From Lama glama (taxonomy: Eukaryota): 64,000 nucleotides of DNA. Each line of letters starts with the position of its first letter. Within the stretch, counting starts at the first letter, position 1. The translations under genes and the position numbers were made by a program. The stretch spans positions 21,020,001 to 21,084,000 of the forward strand of contig CM052817.1 of the NCBI GenBank assembly GCA_028534125.1, given 5' to 3'. Shown here piece by piece: positions 13,995 to 25,840 of the stretch. The notes under the pieces were generated by a model, which worked only from the letters and a program-made list of their open reading frames with translations, searched no databases and was not told where the DNA came from.

Positions 13995-14230
13995 TACTCA
14001 GTTAAGTACTAAGCATGTATAGCGTGCCTCCCTATGTTTCAGGCTCAGTGTGAAGTGCTGAGGATACAAATAAAAAGGAGATGGGGATCACTGCTCTCAA
14101 GTTGTGGATACTCTTAAGGAAGATACACCTCTAGAAAGTAAAGATAGTTTGCTACCAGACTTTAAGAATGCCTTTGGAAGGAAAACAAAATCAAAAGTGG
14201 TATTAGAAGAAGGAATGGTAAGTTAATACC
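13995..14230 (-). mobile_element. L2 3' fragment
   Basis: 'gtgcctccctatgtttcaggctcagtgtgaagtgctgaggataca...ctgctctcaag' is the antisense L2 end pattern. Confidence 0.55.
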
Positions 14231-14509
14231 AGCTATGTCTCAAGAACGATGGAAGGTAGAGGGGACAGCAAGGGCAAATACACATGGTGGCAGATAACTA
14301 GCTATGTCACAGAATATTGCTCATGTTGTGTATGTTAGAAGCCCATCAGAACTAAGGAACTACCTTCTTAATAAAACTCAGAGAGAGGCCCATGAGCTCT
14401 TATCTTTCCAGTAACCAGATACTGGCATACCTGCCACACTTCAGTCCCTGAAAGAAAATCAGAACCGTTCAATTTATTTGGAATTGGAAACAATTTTATT
14501 TATTGTATT

Positions 14510-15079
14510 AGAATTAGACAATTGTCATATGATTGGACACTCAGCATCTAAGTGACACTCCCACCCTATTTGGAAGTTTTCCCTCTATATGAGTCATATT
14601 TAGGAACAGAATTCATCTCTCATGATAGTAGCTCCCTCAGCCAAATCTTTACATTTGGTGCAAGCGCATGACCTGACTTAGCTAATCAGACACGTCCATC
14701 CCGCTCCGTTATTCAATAATTAATGACACAAGAATAGGGATGGTGGACAATGCATCATAGCGGTAGCTATGGAAGTGGTATTATTAAGTTACCGAGAGTA
14801 CCTGCAAATGGTGCTGTGAAATACTGGCAGAATCTACAGTGCAAGTTATGGCATGTGGTACCCAGCAGTGGTGACGGTAGTTCTTACCAGGTGGTTCTCC
14901 CTGAGCTGATTCATGCTGGAGTGCTACCTTTCTAGGCATGTTCTGTATCTGCCCAATTTCCCAAGCCTATTTCTCTACCACTCCTATTGGTGCTCTAAAC
15001 TACTATAATATTTTTTAATCATTTTACTCTTTAAAATTATCAAAGCCAAATACTTATACCTAAGAATCCGATTGATGTA
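14510..15079 (+). mobile_element. ERVL LTR33-like solo LTR
   Basis: 'gcatgacctgacttagctaatcaga' motif, GTG/GCA-rich middle, 3' end 'cctaagaatccgattgatgta'. Confidence 0.55.
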
Positions 15080-15514
15080 AATCTCACAGTGTGACTGTTG
15101 ACATAAAGTGCTCACAGCTTAATGCACAATTGATTGACCTGAAACATCACACACACACAATTTATATAAACATTTTTGAATGGGATACTCAAAAGTCCCT
15201 CCCTGACTCCCTTCATACTGATTCTCAAATGATGCCACACGTAATACAGAGGGGCATCCCCATCTACATCTTCCTCTCTGCAATATCGCTGGGGGAAGAG
15301 TCAAGTACACAGGAGGGATTTGTGCAGTTAAGAAGGAGAAAGGAGGATGAAAGCCATCATATATGATAAAGTCTTTTAGATTTTCAACCCAGCAGATCAG
15401 TATTTTTGGAGAACCCAGTAAATCATTGGAGATAGGGCTGGCTAAGGAGTTGGCAAGGGTGAGATCATGAGGAACAGTTTATTAGGATACAGGGTTTGGC
15501 TTTAATCCTGTAGA

Positions 15515-15710
15515 CGGATGCTTCTTAAAACTTAATTGACTATAAATCTTCTAGAACTGTGAAAAATTTTTTTTAAATGGCAAATCATTGAATCTCAATT
15601 CTGGTGATTAAGATTTAATTAAGATTATGCACAGAAACATGCATTTAAATTAAGCAACTTGAGTAATTTGAAATAACTAATCTAGTAACACATTTTGTGG
15701 AACTTAGGTT
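15515..15710. mobile_element. MER5-like hAT-Charlie MITE (degraded)
   Basis: 'gcttcttaaaactt...aaacatgcattt...acacattttgtggaac' MER5 pattern. Confidence 0.45.
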
Positions 15711-15719
15711 TTATGATAA

Positions 15720-17330
15720 CTCACTTATCCATTCATTCATTCAACATGCTTTTATTGGATCCTAGTATGGTTCTAGGCATTGGGGATATGGCAGTTAATG
15801 TGTGAGGCAGACACCAGCCTTTACATGGCTTACATTCTAGTATTGGGTGTGGTGGCAGTACGGGAGAGAGGAAAACCAATAAACAAATTAAAATGTAAAA
15901 TGTATATACTTTATAGAAAAGAAAAGATAAATAGATGTAAATGAAGATGGTGGACTTAATGTTTTATGCTTAACCAGAAAAGAGCATCTTTATAAGGAAA
16001 CATATGAAAAAAGATGGTAAATGCACAAAGGAGAAAATCATAATATACTGCAGAGAAGAGTAAGTACAAATGCCTGGAATTTAGAAAATGTTTGATGAGT
16101 CTGAAAAATGTCAAAGGAACCAATGTGGCTACAGGGTAGACAAGTAAAAACTCCTGCCAGCTGGGGACCAGATCTGGTCAATGTCCCTTGGGAATACTGG
16201 GGCATTTTTGCCTTTATTTTGGTTGAGATGGGAAATTATTGAGAGATCTCAATCTTGATCTAGACTTGATCCTACTGCCACACAGTGAGATCAGGGGCAC
16301 TCACTACGTATGCACATGGTGCTCAAATGAAGAGTGTGGTTTGAGGAGATGACTATAGTCCTCATGGTATGGGAGAGAGAATTTACAGATATAGATGAAA
16401 GTAGGTTGGTAGGGAGAATTAATGGGATCATGTGGACATTTTCTTCTGAATGATTTTTTTCCTCAGGAAAATAGAAAACAGCATTACTATTGAGTGTGTT
16501 GCCACCCAAGACCATCTTGAAGCAAGAAAAATAGGGGCAAAATTCCCATTGAGGGATATGAATGAGTCAATGGATTAGGAGCATGCAGTAAACTTGTGGG
16601 GCAGCACTAAGGCTGAGCCTATAATTTGAAATCACGAATGTCAAATGGCGCCACGTAGCATGTTTGTGATTTCTCCTAGCCAACTTCAACTCTGCCTCTA
16701 CAGGCATAGAGTAGGCAAAGACCTAAATTTAATCTGAAAAATTTTTCCCCAGTGAGGTAAATGATGGGAGAAAGGTACAAGGGAGTTGGAACATATATAA
16801 AAATTATGGAATTTAATAATAAGCCATGAAATCTTTTCAGGTGAGTGCCTAAGTTATTGAGGACATCACAGGCTGAATGACAGAAAAAAAATGAGATAGG
16901 ATCTATATACTGTAGGTGATGGTGAGTAAATGATTGCTGAATTTAAGAGTCTGGAAATATCAAACTGGAAATATTTGAGGTGTTGACTTAAGATCCGGAT
17001 GGTTAAGTGTTAAATTACAAAGAGATTCCAGTAACTATTAATGTCAAAGGCTGAGACAAGACTATGGACACCGGGGGCTGGTGTAGAGTGAAGGACAAAA
17101 TCACAGGAGGAAGACTTCAAGTTAGTGAGCAGCCCGGTAACTGAGGAAACTTTATGTTGGAAATGCAATCACCGAGAAGTGCCAAGACTAGTGAAAGAAG
17201 TAATACTGAAGAGTGAGAAACAGAACTAAAAGAGAGAAAAAAAAAAAACTGCAAGGAGTAAGGCAGAATGAACAAAATCTGTAGACAATAGCAATATGGA
17301 GGGATCCACACTGCAAAGGGAATAATACAT
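15720..17330 (-). mobile_element. L2a LINE fragment (3' end plus ORF2 remnants)
   Basis: (ttca)n tail 'tcattcattcaacatgcttttattgg...ttctaggcattggggata' followed by long purine-rich antisense L2 sequence. Confidence 0.75.
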
Positions 17331-18529
17331 CAAGCTTCACATCATTCTATTAATTAAGTTTTTAAGTTAATTATAAAGTGTTACCATTTTTGAAAGGAGG
17401 GATCAAATGCCTTCCATAATTTTTTCCAGCTAGTGAGCAGTAAAATCAGAAAATGCTTTTATTTGGAGGGTGATTTAATAAGAGGAGAGGTAAGACCTGG
17501 ATACTTTAAAGGTTTTTAGAGCATAATGGAAGTAGTTTTTTTTTTATTAAATAATTTCTAAATTTATGGCTTGGTTTTAAAAATCTTCAAGAAATTTGTC
17601 ACACGTGTGCCTCTGATGAATGAGTTTCAACAGAGATAGTTATTCATCTGGAAAATTAATAAAGAGAAAGAGGAGAAAGGAAAAAGTGGAAGAATAGACA
17701 TGTGGAAAAGGAGTGATTATAAAAAGATAAAGTACAGGGGAAAGTAAAGAAAGGAGAAGGTTTAGTTAGTATTCAGGACTTCAAGGGTTTTCTGAGGTGG
17801 AATTATCTAAACTGGGAGCAGTGAGAGCAGAGGAAAAGTGGTGCCCAGCGTGTGGAATGCCAGGACAGGCACAATGTGGGAAAGGATCATTTGATTTGAC
17901 AGCTTCCCACTCCTGGCATCACAGGGCACAGATAGCCCGGGACAGCTTAATCGCCATTGTTTACTCTGGGGTGTGGCAGTGTGACCCTGCTCTAGGCTAA
18001 GGAGAGGGAGGCCACTGAGACTTGACTGTGCCGGATTTCCACAAATCAGATTTTATAACTTCATGAAATGGTTCATATATTTGAAAGCTTAATGTTTTTT
18101 CATCAGTGTCAATAAGACTTTAAAATAGAGGAAAATTAAAAGAAACGATGTTACAGAAATTATTCTAAAACCATGCATTCTCTAACATCTTCAGATTTTA
18201 TATATTCTCACAATCTAGCATTGAAAATACAATGTGATTCTTTTTAACATTCAGTAGGCTACATGGCAGAAATTTTGCAAAGCAATGTCATACTTGTCTA
18301 TGACTTCGTATGCTAAAGATATCTTAAATTGTTTTTGACATCTTCAGTGTGTGTCAGGTTTATATCCATGAGACAAATAAACAGAAGGGAAGACACTGAA
18401 AATTCATGCTAAATATGTAAGAAATAAAGGTCACAATTCATGGGTAAATGATCCTTAACATGATTAGGACTAAAATAACAGAAAAAGAACGGTTTGAACC
18501 ACAAAGGAATCACTTAGGAAACTTACATA

Positions 18530-18645
18530 AACTAGGGTTTTTGTTTGCAAGCTCCAGAATACTGACCGGAACTTGCCTAAGCTGAAAAAGAATTTGAGGC
18601 AGTTCACAGAAAGGATACAGAGCTCAAGAACCTAAAGAGCAGGAG
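18530..18645 (-). mobile_element. Old MLT1 (MaLR) LTR fragment
   Basis: 'tagggtttttgtttgcaagc...cctaagctgaaaaagaattt' resembles the antisense 3' end of MLT1K/L-type LTRs. Confidence 0.45.
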
Positions 18646-18649
18646 CGAT

Positions 18650-19058
18650 GCTTTGGGTGGCCCACACGACGTCCCCTGGGCGAATACAATTTGTGTCACA
18701 GTTGTGCATAAACGACAGTGTCCTGCCTGAAGCTAGTACTCCCCCAGTGTCTTCGCGTTTCCTGCCTCAGGGCTTTCTCTGAAGGCTTGGGAGCTTGCTC
18801 TGCCTGCAGGTGTATCCTAAATGGGCAGAGAAATGAGTGACCTCCAGGGCAGCCCTCAACCAATGGGGAGTAAATGCAGAGGGTAAATGTTCCAGTTTTC
18901 AGACACTCCATGGTCTAAGGTATTCTACATAGGTGTCTAGCTCCCACTCCCATGCCTAATTCGGAGTCCTAGATTAATCTTGCTACTTCATCTATGCTGT
19001 AGGTCTTCATTCCATTTCTCATTTCAAGCCCTGCTTTTGGAGAAATCCAAATTAAGAT
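18650..19058 (+). mobile_element. LTR16-family solo LTR
   Basis: 'ctgcctcagggctttctctgaagg...gggcagccctcaaccaatgggga' and end 'ctgcttttggagaaatccaaattaagata'. Confidence 0.75.
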
Positions 19059-19220
19059 AGGAAAGTGCTGTTAATGTCTCTAAAAGTAACATGCTTTCTT
19101 CAGAGCGTTATCACAGATTCAGTTGCTGTCAGCCTTGGGCCACCATCTCAGTTGTCCAAGGAGCAAGTATCCTTTTGCTTTAGCTTGGGCCCTGGTTCTA
19201 GTGACTGACTAGCAGAGGGC

Positions 19221-19713
19221 TGTATTTGTTTCTGTTACTGCTGTAACAAATGGCCGTAAACTCAGTGGCTTAAAACAAGACACATTTATTATCTTATACT
19301 TCTGGAGGTCAGAAGTTTGAAATGAGTCTTACAAGGTTAAAATCAAGGTGAGAGCAGAGCTGCAGCCCTCCTGTAAACTCCAATGGAGAATCTTTCTCCT
19401 TGCCTTTTCTAGCTTCTAGAGATCACCTATGTTCATTGGCTGGTGAATCCTACCTCCATCCTCAAAGCATATCTCTACAGTGTCTGCTTCCATCACCATG
19501 TCTCCTTTTCTAATTCTGACCCTCTTACCCCTTTCTTGCAAGCCCTGTGAGATTACATTGGCCAACTCAGATGATACAGGATGGTCTTCCCACCACCAGA
19601 TCTTTAATTGTATCTCCCAGGTACACTGGCCATGCAAGAAGACATATTTATGGGCTCTGCTGTTGGGGACAGGGTTATCTTTTGGGGGTGCATTATTTTG
19701 TCTACAGGACTAC
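19221..19713 (-). mobile_element. MaLR LTR (MLT1D-like)
   Basis: 'gctgtaacaaat...gtggcttaaaacaa...ttctggaggtcagaagt...ggagaatct...ttgccttttctagcttctaga'. Confidence 0.88.
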
Positions 19714-20390
19714 AGCACCCTGACTGACAGGGACAACAGATTTTATACAATATGGGGAAAATATCTCTCCCAGAATAAATGTGAGTTGCTGACAAAAGCA
19801 CAGCAGAAATTACAGGCAATGAATGTCGTTACAAAAAGAATTTATCACTTTTATGTGCATTATTTTCCCCAACCATTCTTTGTAAAACACTAATTAACAG
19901 TCTACCATGTATCAGTTATTCTGCTATTCTAATTATTCCATTCATTCTGTAGATGAACCTAACATTATCCCTACCCTTTAAATATCTTGCAGCCTCTTGT
20001 GTTTAAAAACAATTAGGCAAGGATCAAGTTTGAAAATGCATCATCTTTGTTTAATAGTAAATTGGAGTTTGTATCGGATAATTTAAGTAGAAACCTCAGA
20101 GTCCAGATACTACTTCCTTAAGATAAACTCACGCCTCTCAAATTTAACACATCCTAAGCACAACTCAGCACTTGACCCCTGCGAGCGGCACTCACACAGT
20201 AATACACTCACATACACACTTCTGTACTTTACTCGGTGGCAGTCCGGTTTGGGCATGGTCTGAAATTACTGAAAAGTATTTCCTAGGAGAAAAATCTATC
20301 ACGACTGTGGAACTGCCTACTTTTCTGACATCTTAGATTGTTTCTTCCTCAACTTTGCAAACCCTTACAATGGGATTTATTTGCTGTGGT

Positions 20391-20734
20391 TGTTATGGAC
20401 TAAATATTTGTGTCCCTCCTCCAAATTCATGTTAAATTCTAACCCCCAATATGATAGCATTAGAAGGTAGCACTTCGGGGGCAGTGAGTAGATCATTAGG
20501 GTAGAGCCCTCATGAATGGGATTAGTGCCCTTATAAAAAGGACCCCAGAGAGTTGTCTTGTTCTCTTTCTACAAAGTGGGGATAACAAAGCCCTCTGCAA
20601 CCCAAAAGAGAGTCCACACCAGAACCTGATCATACTGGCACCCTGATCTGTGACTTCCCGTCCTCCAACTGTGAGAAGTAAATTTATATTGTTTATAAGC
20701 CGCTGTGTTACAGCAATTCAAACTGGCTAAGACA
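20391..20734 (+). mobile_element. MaLR LTR (MLT1A-like), full length
   Basis: TG...CA termini ('tgttatggactaaat'...'ctaagaca'), 'ccctcatgaatgggattagtgcccttataaaa'; near-perfect 5-bp TSD gtggt/gtcgt. Confidence 0.9.
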
Positions 20735-22269
20735 GTCGTCAACCAAATCTGCAACAAAATTTTATTCTATTTAAGCCACTACCACAGTTTCCATCCCCTC
20801 ACCCACATCTTTAGCTGAAAGGCCATTTTAAGTCCCTACCTCCCTTCACATTTGCTTGGTAAAAATATTTTAATTTTTCAACACACAACTCATATGTGGC
20901 CCCTGTTTAATTTTTTTATCTGTCTCCACAAAGGAAATAAGTACTCCACCTACATGTAACCCATGCGATCTAATTAATTAATCGGATGTCTATGTTCATC
21001 CTATATTGTAATCCTTGTTTAAACATATACAACTTTTAGTGGAGAGTTCTCTGAAGTTGAGATTTAATGCACTGTCTGGCAAAATATATAGTTGCAATAA
21101 TGATTTTAATAAATTGCACTGAAATGAATTGAAACAAATTGAAGTGAAAAATAAAAAGTGGTCGTATTAGAAAACATTTAAGAGGTAGGCTTTCTCTGGG
21201 TGGCAAATAGTGAGCAGAGATAATTGTAACTCCAAAAATATTACCCTGCAAGTGGTGTAAATAAATAAAAAAAAATTGGAGTTGGAAGTAAGATTCGAAA
21301 ATAATTCATATGAGAAGAAGTAAGAGACAGAATTAGCACCATGGCTCTGAGAACGAGATATCACTAACTTTGAGACTAACTTTCTATTTAAACTTTTACA
21401 AAGTATAATTACTCTTGAAAATACTTGCTTAGGTCAACTTGTTCAAGGAAAGGTGTTTCCCAGCATATGGGGAGAAAAGAAAAATATTCTCCAGATGTTA
21501 TTCTGCACAGCAACAGCAGAAGAATCTATCTGCTGTTACTATGTATAATTTTTCTTCATAGGACTCCAATTACATCTTCAAGTTGTTTAATTTAGTCTAA
21601 TCTTGTGAATTTACTTTAAAGTTCTTTCTGGGAATTCTCTAGGCAGTGTCATGCAGTCTTTTGTAGCTAATAAATGGTAACAAAATCGTTTGTTGTTATA
21701 GGCGACAAGAGTGTTTTTCAACATAGGGTTAGTCCAGTGAAGTTATCACTTTTTGATTATTTGATTTCATTTGGTCCTTGTAATTGTTACCATGGAGATA
21801 GGAAAAATATTTTGATTGGCCGCCAAAGTATGTAGGATATCATACTTTCTTTCCAATTTTGTTCTCCAGCCTAAAAATAATAGAAATAATTCTTACAACT
21901 TGTGTCATACCTCATTTTTAACACTCTTCACTGAAGTAATTCACTAAAGTAAATGAATTAGTTCTTCTACTATCTCTGGAAAGTAGTTATTTTCTGTGTT
22001 TCAAAAATCATGGTTTTTTTTTTTTTTACTTTTCATATGTGTATATTTTAATTGGGTATTGACTAAAGCCGTGTTAGAGAAGACAATGTACACCTTAGGC
22101 AATGCTCTTGCTAAAACAAGAATGGATTGTATTTTCAAATATGTATGGAGTATAACAGGGTGTTATGGCAGTTTTATTTTTAACAGATATGTTTTCCACA
22201 ATGATGGCAATACTATGTTTGCTTGTCAGTTAGCTTAAATCCTGCTCAAATTTCTACCATGTGAGATAT

Positions 22270-22930
22270 GAACTAATAAATGTAGAAAGAATAATGTAAT
22301 TTGTAAAATCACCATTTCAAAAAATCTATAGGAAAAATTGATTGATGAAAGAATCATGAATTGATGCTAAATAATGAGCTGGAGACTACTCAACAGACTA
22401 TTTATATACTTTAAGTTATCACCTCACAGATTAATCATTCATCACAAAGGGAAATTGTATATTTTTACAGTATAACAATTAGGCAGACACTACTTTAATG
22501 AAGTGATGAGACTTAACATCACTGACAATGAAACAAATTGCCATCATATGCCTCAGGGTGTGATACCCTGAGAATAACACAACATCGCCTATAAGATAGT
22601 CCTGTAAAAAAAAAATTAAGAACTTGAATCTAATTATGAGGAAATAATCAAGCAAGCCTAATTGAGGGACATTCTGTAAAACAAATGATCTGGAACTTAA
22701 ATATATATATATATATATAAAACAATGTTCTGAAAGTAAATCAATTAGTCAATCAATCATCAATCAATCAGACTGGTAAACTGGAGATTCGTAAGATATG
22801 GCACAGATTAGGTCCTGGTTTGGGTAAAGAAAAGAGTTTAAAAGACATTTTTGGCTAATGGGAATTAGAATTTTGACTTCAATGGAAAAACTGTATTGTG
22901 TCAATATTCGGTTTATTAAATGCAGCCAGT
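22270..22930 (+). mobile_element. L1MC4/5-like 3' UTR fragment
   Basis: 'ggcagacactacttta...aacatcac...tgaatctaattatgaggaaa...aattgagggacattct'. Confidence 0.75.
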
Positions 22931-23019
22931 CTGGTCAGAAATGAGTATGGAGTATATGACTTAAATACAAAGAGCCCTCCACTTGGTCTTGTACTTACTT
23001 CTAGTTACTAACTTACCTT

Positions 23020-24300
23020 TCAGCGTCACTCTATTTCAGAATTCTGCAAAGAGTTGTGTAGTTAATTATACCTGATCTCTCCCTTTCACTTTTCAACCCA
23101 CTGAAGTTTAGCTTCCAATGTCACCACTTATGGAATTTGTCCTGCCATTCATTGTAAATCCAATGGCATTATTTCAATGGTTCTCATTTTTCTCTTCCAC
23201 ATTTAACGCCTCCCTCAAGCTTTCCCTGTTCCTAATTTGTGGGACACTATCGTCTCCTTCAAAGTTTCTGCCTCTCAGTTTTTTCTTCTTTTTCTGTTAG
23301 TTTCTCTTTGTCCATTTCATATAGGTTGGTATTTCCACAGCTTTTTGTCTTCATCACGATTTCTTCCCATTTTATGCATTCTTCACTGCTTGTTGTTAAT
23401 TGGCTCCAACATTTCTACTCTCACGTTTGTACAAGTGACTCTCAGCCTACCTGGCTAACTCAAACCTGCGTGCAGCTCTCTACATCCAAATACCTGCCTG
23501 CAGCCCCTGCCTGGATGTTCTAAGAGTCCCTCTAGCTTAGAAGATCCAACATTAAACTTGTTATTTTATTCCAAATCTACTCTTCATTTATTTCTTATTT
23601 ATGTAAATATCTTCCCTACTGAAAAATCTCTGAGTTCAGCATAGCTCTGTTGTGTTTATTCATCAATACTCACTAAACAGTGAAGATCATATCGGGTATT
23701 TTCCATTCACTTTGAATTAATCTCTAAACCTTGCAATAACAGCTTTAGAATGTCACAAAAATCTGCTCTGTCTTGCTCATAGTCATTGACATTAGCTAAA
23801 TCCAAATAGTCCACTACTTTTTTTGGATGAAGGGAATAATTTCCTTGTGTCTAGACTGACTTGCTCCGTTAGAGTCCCCAATTTGCATAAGTGGTCTTTC
23901 TTCCTTATGGGTGATATTTTTCACTGCCCTCATCAATATTCTTCATTTACTCCCCATAGTCTCCAGAACACATTTTAAATTTTGACACATAACATACAAA
24001 GGGATTCTTCACTTGCCTTGTGAATACTAATCCAGGCTCATCTCCACTTGCTCCATCACTCTTTACACTTGAAAAGTAATTGTGTTTCTTTGACCAAGCT
24101 ATGCTTTCGTGTGTCTCAAGCCTTCACATTTATAGTTATTTTTTGCATGGAAGTTCTTTCCTCAAGTGTTCATCTGGTAAGTTCTACAAATTCAGGTTCA
24201 GATGCTACCTCCTCTGAGAAACCTGTCGTGGTTACATTTGGCATATTTCAATACTACTTCAGACACGGTTTTCTTGTGCCTTGTCTGCATTAAAGCAGTT
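23020..24300 (+). mobile_element. L2 LINE ORF2/3' remnant (highly degraded)
   Basis: Pyrimidine-rich L2 pattern: 'caacccactgaagtttagcttcc...aaatccaatggc...cctggatgttc...tcaggttcagatgctacctcctctgagaaacct'. Confidence 0.65.
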
Positions 24301-24704
24301 TCTCAGTGATTTCGTTGGTGGTAACAGTAGTAGTTACTGACTGGTATGAACTGATTGGGGTCTCCTGAAGACATGCAATGAATTTAAACTGACAGGGAGC
24401 ATGTGTACAATTGTAATAAGCATTGATAGTGTGATACACATCCGTATAAGCACAAAGGAATTCGTTGGATATTGTTTAATCTATTTATTCATTTCTTTGA
24501 TCAGATACTATCAGCCTTGTTTTAGACATAGAATCAAAAGAACAGAATAACTTCTGCAAAGTCCTGGGTTACCTTTAATCATTTAGAATCACAATACAAA
24601 TCAGTACAGCTATGAGAATAAAGCATTCTACTTTAATTTAATGTGTCTCTAAATCTCCATAGCTTCCCAAATCATCTGCTAGTAGCAATTTATAAAGACA
24701 GGTT

Positions 24705-25204
24705 NNNNNNNNNNNNNNNNNNNNNNNNNNNNNNNNNNNNNNNNNNNNNNNNNNNNNNNNNNNNNNNNNNNNNNNNNNNNNNNNNNNNNNNNNNNNNNNN
24801 NNNNNNNNNNNNNNNNNNNNNNNNNNNNNNNNNNNNNNNNNNNNNNNNNNNNNNNNNNNNNNNNNNNNNNNNNNNNNNNNNNNNNNNNNNNNNNNNNNNN
24901 NNNNNNNNNNNNNNNNNNNNNNNNNNNNNNNNNNNNNNNNNNNNNNNNNNNNNNNNNNNNNNNNNNNNNNNNNNNNNNNNNNNNNNNNNNNNNNNNNNNN
25001 NNNNNNNNNNNNNNNNNNNNNNNNNNNNNNNNNNNNNNNNNNNNNNNNNNNNNNNNNNNNNNNNNNNNNNNNNNNNNNNNNNNNNNNNNNNNNNNNNNNN
25101 NNNNNNNNNNNNNNNNNNNNNNNNNNNNNNNNNNNNNNNNNNNNNNNNNNNNNNNNNNNNNNNNNNNNNNNNNNNNNNNNNNNNNNNNNNNNNNNNNNNN
25201 NNNN
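24705..25204. other. Assembly gap (500 N)
   Basis: Run of N. Confidence 1.
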
Positions 25205-25540
25205 AAGTGATGGAGGAGCCCTGTGCCCTCTGAAACCTCTAGGGGTGAGTTTCTCCTTGCCTTTTCCTAGTTTCTGGTGGTCTGCCTGCAGTATGCTGTG
25301 CTCCTGGCTGGTGGTCACCATACTTCAAGCCCTGCTTCTGTCATCACATGGTGGTGGTGTTCTCCCTTCTTGTGTCTCTCTCTTCTCCTCTTCTTATAAG
25401 GACACTGATCATATTGGTTAAAAATCCACCTTAATTCAGTATGACCTAATTTTAGTTTGATAACATCACAAAGACCATATTTCCAAATAAGGTCACACTT
25501 ACCAGTACTGCGGATTAGAATTTCAATATTATCTTTTTAA
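25205..25540 (-). mobile_element. MaLR LTR (MLT1C-like), truncated by the gap
   Basis: 'tcttcttataaggacactgatcatattgg...agtatgacct...tatttccaaataaggtcacac'. Confidence 0.85.
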
Positions 25541-25559
25541 AAAGCTCTTGGGTCGTAAT

Positions 25560-25840
25560 GACTGACTCAGGGGGAGACAGGCAGACTTTCTCCCCTACTA
25601 ATGAGTCAACCCTGAGGTGTAAGGCAGAGGGTCTCCAGTGCTCTTCTCCATGTGGGATTGAACCCAAACGACCCCTTGTGGGACACTGCTTGATAGTGTC
25701 TATTTACTTGGTGTCTTTTGCTTTCCTGCCCCATTTCTTCACTCCTCTTTCAGATTTTTCCTGGAAACATTTTTCTAACAAATCAGTCCTTACTTGATTT
25801 CTCGTCTTAAATCTTGCTTCAGGAGAACCCAACCAAAAAC
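25560..25840 (+). mobile_element. LTR16-family LTR, 3' part
   Basis: 'gtgggattgaaccc...tcctggaaacatttttctaacaaatca...tgcttcaggagaacccaacc'. Confidence 0.65.

Noticed and set aside
22552..22572. Hairpin ctcagggtgtgataccctgag
   Set aside because: Short and inside an L1MC 3' UTR; probably arose by chance or local conversion.
24638..25321. Long ORFs of 196-227 aa (also 50075-50739)
   Set aside because: Artefacts of translating through N gaps.
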